This document shows, piece after piece, positions 53,516 to 64,000 of a DNA stretch of 64,000 nt; within the stretch, counting starts at the first letter, position 1; every line of letters begins with the position of its first letter. The stretch covers positions 1-64,000 of the forward strand of contig UYFQ01000609.1 of the NCBI GenBank assembly GCA_900617105.1, in the 5' to 3' direction. The translations under genes and the position numbers were made by a program. The notes beneath the pieces were generated by a model. That model was not told where the DNA came from. It saw nothing but the letters and a program-made list of their open reading frames with translations, and did no database searches. The DNA is from Hydrurus foetidus (taxonomy: Eukaryota).

Positions 53516-53861
53516 TGATGAGTTGGTATTCCTTTGGATTGCATTATGGCTCAATGGATATTTTGACAATTTGTTTTCCGTCGCTGTAGTACATCAATAA
53601 ATCTTGCTTGTTATATTTTTGGTTGCGCTCCAAAGAATTAAAATCAGATTCTTAGATATCTAGATATGCATTGCGAGAATGTATCAAGTAAGTAATCGGA
53701 TAGAAAGAAAGTAAGAAAGCGATTTATCATGTTGAAACCTAAAAATGAACACATACTGCAGTTTGACCATATGCAGCTCCAGTTCTGTCTTTTGACATCA
53801 TCACCTCTGCGAACTTGTACATTTTGTCCGTAATGCACAAAACCGGATTGGAGCCGAAGTA

Positions 53862-54211
53862 TCACATACGCAGAAAATGAACATGCCTTTGTCTACGAAA
53901 GTACATTGGCAATTTTTGTGCTTGTATCTGTACAGGTAGGATACTGTTACAAGATCGTATCACGAAATTCCTCAGTGGATTCGGGGTCAACGCAGTAGCT
54001 ACAGAAGTACTGGTGCTGTTACCAGGAGGCTCTGTATATTTTGAGTTCGCGTTTGAGTTGTCAATGCCTGCAAACAAGAATTATAATCCGTGTTCTCATG
54101 ACTCTGAAGAACGTTCTGCGGCAGTACTGACGAAAGTACAGAACTAGTCTGCGTGTGTTGCACTGCCTCCGCTTCCTCCTCGTCATCACTGTCATTGTAG
54201 TGGCGCGCCAT
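53862..54211 (-). CDS. possible short hypothetical protein (structure unresolved)
   Basis: ATG-initiated acidic start MARHYNDSDDEEE and an overlapping second frame, with a possible intervening intron. No recognisable domain. Confidence 0.25.
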
Positions 54212-55250
54212 GTCGAACTCTCAATATATTAGAGGACACTTGAATACACATAAGAAGGTACTTTTAAACACCTTCTGAGATCTCTTGGAAAGAGAATATT
54301 TGGCGATACCGGCTATTTGATTTTTGTGCTGCACTGTACGTCGTTGTTGAACTTACTTCAACTTTTACTATATCTACTGGTGCACCAACGAAAGACAGCA
54401 CCGTATTTTTTTCTCCTTATTCATCATTTTTGTGATTCAGCTTCCTCGATGATGTGCTTTCTAGAGTAAGCTTTGAATGCTGCAGTTTGAATGACCTGGC
54501 TGACACTTTCACTCCAGTGTTTAGCGATCGTTGGGACAGAATAGATCAAATAAACCGGTTTGGAAAACCTTGGGTAGGGAGAGACCAATGACCAGTGACC
54601 AGAAGTGGCTATGGAAACGAGTGTTGGAAGGAGTTGAAGAGCTGTGTGACAGAGAATTTATTTACTGCATTCTATTAATCTAATACTACGAGTGTGTGGC
54701 TTGTCTATACAGCCCATAGATAGCTACATCTATTGAAGCTGCATCGACTCAGTTACATAAAAAGGCGAGTAAATCACATACTTGACCGAAAAGTTGGAAC
54801 AGCTCTCTTAGGAATCATCAGTCCAAATTCGGGTCAGTGTGTGGGAACAAATTTGTAAGAAGATGGAAACGTACTGTGTGAAATATAACGAGGTGAATAC
54901 AATTGATAATCATGCTATGTGACTAATGTTAAGTAATGTCGTTAAGGGTTGGTTATTACCGGGCCGACGATATTTGTTTGAAGAGGGCTGCGTACAGCGT
55001 GAAATACGCAGAGGTGCGTGTACTTGATAATGTTGCTATGTGAATGTGAATCCGTATCGGTCGGTGACTTGGTGATATTGCTTAAAGCAACGTCACATCT
55101 ACTGCGTTAGACTGTATGCCCGTAAGTGCAGGCAATCTAAATATTCCGATCGATCATTGTGAAGGACAGCTACATTGAGTGACTCGCGACAAGTTAACTC
55201 ATGTAATTCATTGCATGTGCGGTACGATTAGTTCTAGCACCATCCTAGCG

Positions 55251-58200
55251 TTATTTGGAATATCCGACGAGAGTAGGCAAGGCTCCCAGCGCCTAAAGTT
55301 GACAGGAAGATCAGTTAAGGTTGACAAGCAAGCTTGTGTGTGTTTTCAAGATTGAGGATGCCGGGAGAGTTCGATAATGTATAGTGTCCAGAATGAAGTC
55401 GCCGAATCGCGTCACATCACATTACATCATATGTTGTAGGCAGTAAGATAGCGCACTTTCAGTAAGTGAAATAATGTGGAAAAAGGCCGAAACGAAACTT
55501 TTGACGGAATGAAGAAGGTAAAAGTACGTCACGCATAATTGCTCACCTCGTTTGCCGATCGGAGCAATGGCGACAGCAGCAGCTGAGGTGCAGCAGTGTA
55601 GAGGAAGCGATGCACATGGTAGAAGAAGTTGGCAGCGATGTGGTTGTGCGCGAATGGAGATGAGATAAACCGTTCACAACAATGAATTCCTCCTTAGTGA
55701 CGATGGTGTACAATCCATCTGCTAGGATGGTCCCTACTGTGGAGACCGTCTCCTCCCCTGTCACCGTCATGACGCAGTCGTTCACTGCCACCTGCGAGGC
55801 GTACTTAAGTGGCAGCGGTGAGGAGGTGCCGCATGCACCTGCTAGAAGGACGTGACTCTTGGTCATTTTGATGTCTCGACCGCTAGTGGTGGTGATGTGG
55901 ATGAATACAGCAGTGACCTTGTTGGCACTGTGAGGCACGAAGACCACTTCAGAGAAAGATATCCTGCCCGCAGCGTCAGCTGATAGCACGCGATCACCAG
56001 CCATGATTTGAGAGATTTGACGGTCCTCACCACATTCCAGTCTGACCGTCTCGGATCCAGCAAAACAATCAGCAGCTGAAGTTCCACTTGACGCTGGCAC
56101 AGCTTTAGGTAGCGGTGTAGCAGAAATTAGTTGAACCTTCACGCCAATTGCCGAGCAGACATTCAAATTGAAATCTAAGGACACTCCAGTCCCAGTACAG
56201 TCCGGTTGAAGGAAAGTGGTCGCTGTGCCAGAAGACTCTGTTGTGATAGACGATCATTGATGATTATGGGATATAACATAAAGTAGGTGAGTAGTAGCGA
56301 TTTAGACCAATTTTGTTTTGAGTTCTTCACCTTTGACAGCTGTAATTGATTTTGTCTCCGTGATGCATGTGTTCAAAGAGGCGTATTCTGCCATGTAGAT
56401 GGGGGCTTGGCAGGTTGGATCAGCATTCCTGTAGAAGCTGTGTTAAAGAGGTGGAAGGAAGTGCAGTGCGGTGGGTTGAGTATTAGTATCTCGTCTTCAT
56501 GATTTTTGCGGTGGCCATATTGACACATACTTTTTCTCTTGATTTTGAGTATGATGGTGCATTGCAGGGTCAACGCAGAACAATAGAATGACATGTCAAT
56601 TCAGAAAGGTAATGTCAGGTGTGCGAGAGAAAGGCGACAAGCTCCGACCTGCGACTGATAATATCCACAACGGAAGTAGGGACTCCAGTGGCACTTAGCG
56701 ATGATAAGGATGACTCAGTACAACTGCTCTTATAGTTGACGAGACTGGTGGGTGTTACCACAGTTTTGCACGTGGAGTCGGAGTAGTACGTAGTTGAGAA
56801 GGTAGAGTCGGTGGCCATGTACGTGACATATTTGCCATCTGGTTCTTTGTCGCAGGAGTGGAGCAGTAGCGCTTTTGCATACACTATAGAGGTGCAAGCC
56901 GCGTCACTGTACCGCGCCTTAACGAAGTAGTGCAGTGACGCGATCGGAGAAGCTGGTGGTACCGCAGAAGGGGCTGATGGAGCGAGTGATGGCTCCGTAG
57001 TAACCGCTGTTGGTGACGAGATCGGAGAAGATGGTGGTACCGCGGAAGGGGCTGATGGAGCGAGTGATGGCTCCGTAGTAACTGCTGTCGGTGATGCGAT
57101 CGGAGATGATGGTGGTAACGCAGAAGGGGCTGATGGAGCGAGTGATGGCTTGGTAGTAATCACTGTCGGTGATGAGATCGGAGAAGATGGTGGTACCGCA
57201 GAAGGGGCTGATGGAGCGAGTGATGGCTTGGTAGTAATCACTGTAGGTGATGAGATCGGAGATGATGGTGGTACCGCGGAAGGGGCTGATGGAGCGAGTG
57301 ATGGCTCCGTAGTAACCGCTGTCGGTGATGCGATCGGAGAAGGTGGCAATGCCATAGATGGTGCTAATGATGGGAAAGAAATTGTTGTACCCGCGACTGT
57401 TTGATACTTTACGCCTCCACTTAAACAAGCACCAATGGTGTAGTTGAAGACATTGTATCTGCCGGTGCAGTTAAACGAGGGACCATCCTTTGAGGAGTAT
57501 ATGTATTTCTTCAGAAAAACAGTCGACCCTAAAATTGAAGGTGAAACAAGTTAGTGACTGATGACTGATGAGACTTGGCATCGATCATGGAATTCGTATC
57601 TGCTTTTGTAGCGAACAGCGGAAACCAGCACGTCATCGTTATTTGCATAGCAACACACCCACGATCATTTTTATCTTTCATTTACTTTCTGGTATGATTG
57701 TCAAGGATATTCACCTGATATTTTAAGCACCGACTTTTCATAGCAAGTGTCGAGTGGAAGATATTCTGTCTTGTACACAGTCGTGGAGCATGTTGCATCC
57801 TTCTTGTTGTAGTAGCTACATGAGATGTGGAGAGGATAGGTGGGTCAGTCACTTACATGCTAGGAACAGTGGCTGCTTTTGTGCCACCCGACAGCATGAA
57901 GTGAGAAGAAGATATGATAGTGAGTGGTCAATGGCTGCGACGATAGTGCAGCGTGGGATTATGAGATGCAGATGTGCGGTGTAGGATAAGAGGATCAGAG
58001 ACGGTGAGAAGACATGGATATGGATATGGAGTTGGTAATGGAAATGGTAGGCTGGCTGACCTGGCCATGACGCACGAAAGACTGATGATGTGCACTGACC
58101 TGATACTCGCCATGGTGAGTGACGAAGGAGGAACACCATTCGAATTGACTGTAATCAGCTAGAAGAAACAGCGAACAGTCCAAAGACATTATGTCACATG

Positions 58201-61200
58201 TGCCCGTGTAGTCTAAGTAGATAGGTCCAAGCGTCGATACCGCGGTCGTGCACAACGAGTCGGAGTATTGTTGAGCGACAGTGGATGCAGTAGCGGTGTA
58301 CTTCACGAAATCACCTACACCTTCCAGGTGATAGTTGCAAGAGTTCAATGGATAAGACACAGCCGATGTAATCGTGGTGCATCTATCATCGCTGTATTGA
58401 GCTCTGACGAAGTATCCGCTCAGTTGCAACGTGAGTGCTGACGAGAAGGCGGTGGGGGCGAGTGACGGGACGAGACTTGCAGTGCCCGGGACAATTTGAT
58501 ACTTCACGCCACCACTGGAGCAAGCATCTATAGTTGCAGTTTTCATCGTGTATTCACCGCTGCAGTCACTAGGGATGCTTGAGTATTGTAGATGCGAGAT
58601 CGTCGATCCTGAAAAAGATTTTTTTTAGTTTTTAGATTTGTTGAACGTAATGTTGCTCGTTACACACTTACACATCTCACACGTGTCAGGTAACTGACAA
58701 GACATAGGAGGCTGCACTCACACACTCACTGATGCATAAGTTGCTGCACTCACACGCGTCCACACACACACTTGCACATAATCATCACTGGTGATTTGTT
58801 CACGACTGTCAGCCACCGTCACATTCTTCTCTATCTTTCGAAATGACTCTCACCTGACAATCTGAGCGTTGACATCGAGGCTGTTTCGCAGGTGTCGAGT
58901 GGTAGATACTCTGTCTTGTACACAGTCGTGGAGCATGTCGCATCCTTCTTGTTGTAGTAGCTATACGAGATGTGGATAGGATAGGTGGGTCAGTCACTTA
59001 CATGCTAGGAACAGTGGCTGCTTTTGTGCCACCCGACAGCATGAAGTGAGAAGAAGATATGGTAGGGAGTGGTATATGGCTGCGACGATAGTGTAGCGTG
59101 GGATTACACTGCACGATGTGATGTAGGATCAAAGAGGATCAGAGACACTGAGAATACATGGATATGGATATGGATATGGAGTTGGTAATGGAAATGGTAG
59201 GCTGGCTGGCCGGCCATGACGCACGAAAGACTGATGGTGGGCACTGACCTGATACTCGCCATGGGAAGTGATGAAGGAGGAACACCATTCGAGTTGACTG
59301 AAATCAGTGTCGTAGCCAAAGAATAGCCAGTGTTGACTGATTTGCATGTGCCCGTGAAGTCGGTGTAGGTAGGTCCAAGTGTAGATACTGCGGTAGTGCA
59401 CGACGCGTCGGAGTATTCCGTTCGAGCGATGGCATATGCAGTGGCGGTGTATTTCACATATCCACTCACCCCTAACGTACTCGTATAATCGTTGCAGGAG
59501 TTCAATGGATAAGACACAGCCGATTTAAATCGGCACATCTAGGTCCTGTATTGAGCTCTGACGAAGTATCCGCTCAGTTGCAACGTGAGTGCCAACGAGA
59601 AGGCGGTGGGGGCGAGTGACGGGACAAAACTTGCAGTGCCCGGGACAATTTGATACTTCACGCCACCACTGGAGCAAGCACCAACGGTGTAAGTTTCACT
59701 TGTGTATTCACCGGTGCAGCAATGTCAAAAGGAGTAAATGTCAATTTCGAGAGAGTCGATCCTGCAAAAATCAAAAACCAAAAAGTAATTAGATACTTCA
59801 AACTTCAAACTGAAATCGTGTCATACATACGTTGAGACACGATCGTAATACAATATTCGAACGTGCAGCCTCACACTTAAACACGCACACATACGCTCCT
59901 CTCGAAACAGACACACACCACGACCCATTAGAACTGAAGAAAAGAATGTCAATTGCATGATACGTAAACAGAAAACTTGTTTGTGACAGAAGACAAAAGG
60001 ACTTCTAGCATGATGCAATGACACACATGTGGGAACAAGTGCTTACCCTCAGTGATGCATTACTTGTTCCACACATATACAGCGTAACACACACACACAC
60101 ACACACTGGGATAACGGAGGAGATAAAGACAAGATACCGCTGTACTTAGACACACAATACCACTCGCAATCACATACACATTCGTCAAAATTGACAAGTA
60201 CTACATATCGATGAGCACACTTGCATTACTGATGATACAATTGCAATACTGATGATAAATTATCCAGGCCTTTCTTTCCATGTGATATCAAATAACGCCT
60301 ACCAGAAACTCTGTACGCCACACGAGAAAAGAATTAGGAGATTCACAACTGTTGAGTGTTTTGTATTCTGTCTTGTACACAGTCGTGGAGCATGTCGCAT
60401 CCTTCTTGTTGTAGTAGCTACACGAGATGTGGAGAGGATAGGTGGGTCAGTCACTTACATGCTAGGAACAGTGGCTGCTTTTGTGCCACCCGACAGCATG
60501 AAGTGAGAAGAAGATATGATAGTGAGTGATCAATGGCTGCGACGATAGTGCAGCGTGGGATTACAGATAAGGCAGATAGTGCGGTGTAGGATAAAGAGGA
60601 TCAGAGACACTGAGAATACATGGATATGAAATTGGTAATGGAATGGTAGGCTGGCTGGCCGGCCATGACGCACGAAAGACTGATGATGAGCACTAACCTG
60701 ATACTCGCCATGGTGAAGTGACGAAGGAGGAATTCCATTCGAGTTGACTGTACAGCGTAGTGTAGAAGCCATACGTGTAAGAGATGAGTCAACGCATGTG
60801 CCGTGTAGTCGAGAAGGTAGGTCCAAGTGTCGATACCGCGGTCATGCACAACGAGTCGGAGTATTCCGTTCGAGCGATGGTGTATGCAGTGGCGGTGTAT
60901 TTCACGTATCCACTCTCCCCTGACTGACTTTCATACTCGTTGCAAGAGTTCAATGGATAAGACACAGCCGATGTAATCGTGGTGCATTTATCGTCGCTGT
61001 ATTGAGCTCTGACGAAGTATCCGCTCAGTTGCAACGTGAGTGCTAACGAGAAGGCAGTGGGGGCGAGTGACGGGACAAGACTTGCACTGCCCGGGACAAT
61101 TTGATACTTCACGCCACCACTGGAGCAAGCACCAAAAGTGTAGGTTTCAATGGTGTACTCCCTGGTGCATAAGAAGTCACGAGGCGAGTACGTCAATTTC

Positions 61201-61680
61201 GACAGAGTCAATCCTGGATAAACCAAAAATCAAAAGTGGTCAGATAATTCAAACATGGATCGCGACATTTGTACATCAAGATGCACAGACATGGAACAGT
61301 CAGTGCTGTACCACTTCCATCATGTGCGACACAATTGCGCTACAATACACAAAGAAGCAGCCTCACGCGCACAGAGGCTCATACGCTTTTCTCGAGACAA
61401 ACACATACTACAACCAATTAGGACAGACGTAAAGAATATCAACCACGTCATTTATTGTGTAGGGGACGGAAGAGAAAACGATTTCTGACAGGATGCAATG
61501 TCTCACATGATCGCACACACGCACGCACTTTCATTGATGCTTCATTCGTTGCACACATACACCGCCAAACACATACATGCACGCACTCTCATTGATGCTT
61601 CATTCGTTGCACACAGATAGACACACAGACAGACAGACACAGACAGACAGACAGACACACACACCGCCAAACACATACAT

Positions 61681-61715
<35 letters not shown>

Positions 61716-64000
61716 AGATAACATACTAGATATGGGAAGAGTCACTCACTCACTCGCTCAGTATAGTAAACACATGCACGCACTCACGCGCTCACTCTCA
61801 GACACACACAATAATCCATTACTCGAAATTGGCATACACGACGTCAAGACAGAAGACAAGAGTACTACATATCGATGACGCACACTTGCATTACTGATGA
61901 TACAATTTAGAATTTAGATGCTAACATACACTCTGGCCTTTCTTTCCATGTGATATCACATAATGCTTACCGGAAGTTCTAAACGTTTCATGATGCAAGG
62001 AATCATCGAAGTAGCAAGTGTTGAGTGGCAGATATTCTGTCTTGTACACAGTCGTGGAGCATGTCGCATCCTCCTTGTTGTGGTAGCTACATGAGATGTG
62101 GATAGGATAGGTGGGTCAGTCACTTACATGCTAGGAGCAGTGGCTGCTTTTGTGCCACCCGACAGCATGAAGTGAGAAGAAGATATGGTAGGGAGTGGTA
62201 TATGGCTGCGACGATAGTGTAGCGTGGGATTACACTGCACGATGTGATGTAGGACCAAAGAGGATCAGAGACACTGAGAATACATGGATATGAAATTGGT
62301 AATGGAAATGGTAGGCTGGCTGGCCGGCCATGACGCACGAAAGACTGATGATGGGCACTGACCTGATACTCGCCATGGGAAGTGATGAAGGAGGAACACC
62401 ATTCGAGTTGACTACAGCTAGTTTCGTCGTTCCGTAGATGTAACCATCATCGCATGTGCCCGTGTAGTCTAAGTAAGTAGATCCAAGCGTCGATACCGCG
62501 GTCATGCACAACGAGTCGGAGTATTCCGTACGAGCGATGGTGTATGGAGTGGCGGTGTATTTCACGTATCGACTCTCCCCTGACTGACTTTCATACTCGT
62601 TGCAAGAGTTCAATGGATAAGACACAGCCGATGTAATCGTGGTGCATTTATCGTCGCTGTATTGAGCTCTGACGAAGTATCCGCTCAGTTGCAACGTGAG
62701 TGCTAACGAGAAGGCAGTGGGGGCGAGTGACGGGACAAGACTTGCAGTGCCCGGAACAATTTGATACTTCACGCCACCACTGGAGCAAGCACCAAAAGTG
62801 TAGGTTTCAATGGTGTACTCCCTGGTGCATAAGAAGTCACGAGGCGAGTACGTCAATTTCGACAGAGTCGATCCTGGATAAACCAAAAATCAAAAGTGGT
62901 CAGATAATTCAAACATGGATCGCGACATTTGTACATCAAGATGCACAGACATGGAACAGTCAGTGCTGTACCACTTCCATCATTTGCGACACGATTGCGC
63001 TACAATACACAAAGAAGCAGCCTCACGCGCACAGAGGCTCATACGCTTTTCTCGAGACAAACATAAACAACAACGTAAGCATAGAACTCGTAGGCGACAG
63101 GAGGCAAAACGATTTCTGACAGGATGCAATGACGCACATGATCGAGCAAATATGCGCGCACTCTCAGTGATGCTTAATTTGTTGCATACATATATCGCAT
63201 CACTTACACACACACACATGCAGAATATGACAGGCAGAATATAGGAGGCTGCACTTTTTCATACACTCACAAATACAAATAATAATCGAGACAGACATAT
63301 GCTACGATACTCATCAAAGGTGACAACCATAGATTGCATTTCTAATGAACATAAACATCTATATAATTGACTTGACAGACCTCCTAACTTTAGCATCGCA
63401 CTTCCATAGCAAGTGTTGAGTGGCAGATATTCTGTCTTGTACACAGTCGTGGAGCATGTCGCATCCTCCTTGTTGTAGTAGCTACATGAGATGTGCATAG
63501 GATAGGTGGGTCAGTCACTTACATGCTAGGAACAGTGGCTGCTTTTGTGCCACCCGACAGCATGAAGTGAGAAGAAGATATGGTAGGGAGTGGTATATGG
63601 CTGCGACGATAGTGTAGCGTGGGATTACACTGCACGATGTGATGTAGGACCAAAGAGGATCAGAGACACTGAGAATACATGGATATGGAGTTGGTAATGG
63701 AAATGGTAGGCTGGCTGGCCGGCCATGACGCACGAAAGACTGATGATGGGCACTGACCTGATACTCGCCATGGGAAGTGACGAAGGAGGAACACCATTCG
63801 AGTTGACTGAAGATATACTAGACGATTTCCTAGTTTCAGAATCACCAACGCATGTGCCCGTGTAGTCTAAGTAAGTAGATCCAAGCGTCGATACCGCGTT
63901 CATGCACAACGAGTCGGAGTACATTGTTGTAGCAATTGCATATGCAGTAGCGGTGTACTTCACGAAATAACCTACACTTTCCGGGTGATAGTTGCAAGAG
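55251..64000 (-). CDS. large Hog-type (Hedgehog/Hint) protein: tandem Cys-rich two-exon modules, mucin-like stalk, C-terminal Hint + SRR-like domain; 5' end beyond window; several apparent frameshifts
   Basis: Exons in transcription order: B5 (>64000-63758), A5 63481-63381, B4 62873-62363, A4 62086-61971, B3 61213-60698, A3 60417-60303, B2 59761-59249, A2 58960-58854, B1 58608-58100, A1 57815-57715, B0 57528-56649, A0 56437-56331, Hint exon 56237-55547, putative last exon 55292-55251. All have GT-AG borders with alternating phase 2/1. Confidence 0.8.
55547..56067 (-). other. Hint (Hedgehog/intein) autoprocessing domain plus sterol-recognition-like tail
   Basis: AD|CFAGSETV.L..G..I..I..GDRVLS..G...FSEVV..H..F..I.T..G..I.MT.SH..A..V..DCV..V..V..G.Y..VT....IVVNG, with catalytic Cys at 56067-56065 and TxxH = TKSH. 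After a 1-nt shift at ~55667 it reads SPFAHNHIAANFFYHVHR. Confidence 0.88.
56940..57350 (-). repeat. 78-bp tandem repeat (~5 copies) encoding a mucin-like P/S/T/A stalk
   Basis: 26-aa unit PPSSPISSPTAVTTEPSLAPSAPSAV. Confidence 0.93.
57715..64000 (-). repeat. tandem array of at least five ~1.1-1.7 kb exonA-intron-exonB cassettes
   Basis: Recurrent anchors, e.g. GTACACAGTCGTGGAGCATG at ~57773, 58918, 60375, 62044 and 63438, and near-identical ~280-bp B-to-A introns. Confidence 0.93.

Noticed and set aside
55543..56184. Self-splicing intein
   Set aside because: The Hint is C-terminal, with no endonuclease and no His-Asn/Cys-Ser-Thr junction followed by a C-extein. It fits a Hog domain instead.
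57715..64000. CRISPR-like array or diversity-generating retroelement explaining the constant/variable alternation
   Set aside because: Eukaryotic context; units are kb-sized spliced exons; variation is not adenine-specific; no cas or DGR RT gene nearby (the RTs present are LTR-retrotransposon type).

Overview
Intron-rich eukaryotic genomic DNA, most likely a stramenopile/ochrophyte. This is inferred from a SAR-type Rab1A, CoDi-like Copia elements and a signal-peptide-bearing CpcT/CRL-like gene. 1-12100 is a nest of LTR retrotransposons: the 3' part of a Ty3/Gypsy chromovirus inserted into a minus-strand Copia, which sits head-to-head, 8 bp away from a related full-length Copia (6517-12100, CCTAC TSD, near-identical LTRs). 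Neither Copia has a tRNA-type PBS. Each instead has a PBS complementary to its own LTR, with a compensatory indel between the two, which points to Tf1-like self-priming. 12.2-54 kb holds spliced host genes: a CSN9/COPS9-like microgene, a BART-domain protein, RPL7/uL30, a DUF2431/BMT5-like methyltransferase, a helical-repeat protein, Rab1A, a ~24 kb multi-exon IQ/Sfi1-like/jacalin-like locus, an OPA-family MFS transporter, a CpcT/CRL-like protein and SPEF1. This stretch also contains a PIF/Harbinger-type MITE, a perfect 34-bp inverted repeat and many microsatellites. 55.2-64 kb (open at the window edge) is the 3' part of a gene made of tandem two-exon Cys-rich cassettes with hypervariable loops but near-identical introns, followed by a mucin-like stalk and a C-terminal Hedgehog-type Hint (Hog) autoprocessing domain. 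It is a candidate diversifying, self-processing surface protein system. Many frameshifts in the repetitive regions are single-base losses, often in homopolymers, and may be assembly errors. All protein family calls are from motif recognition, not database searches.
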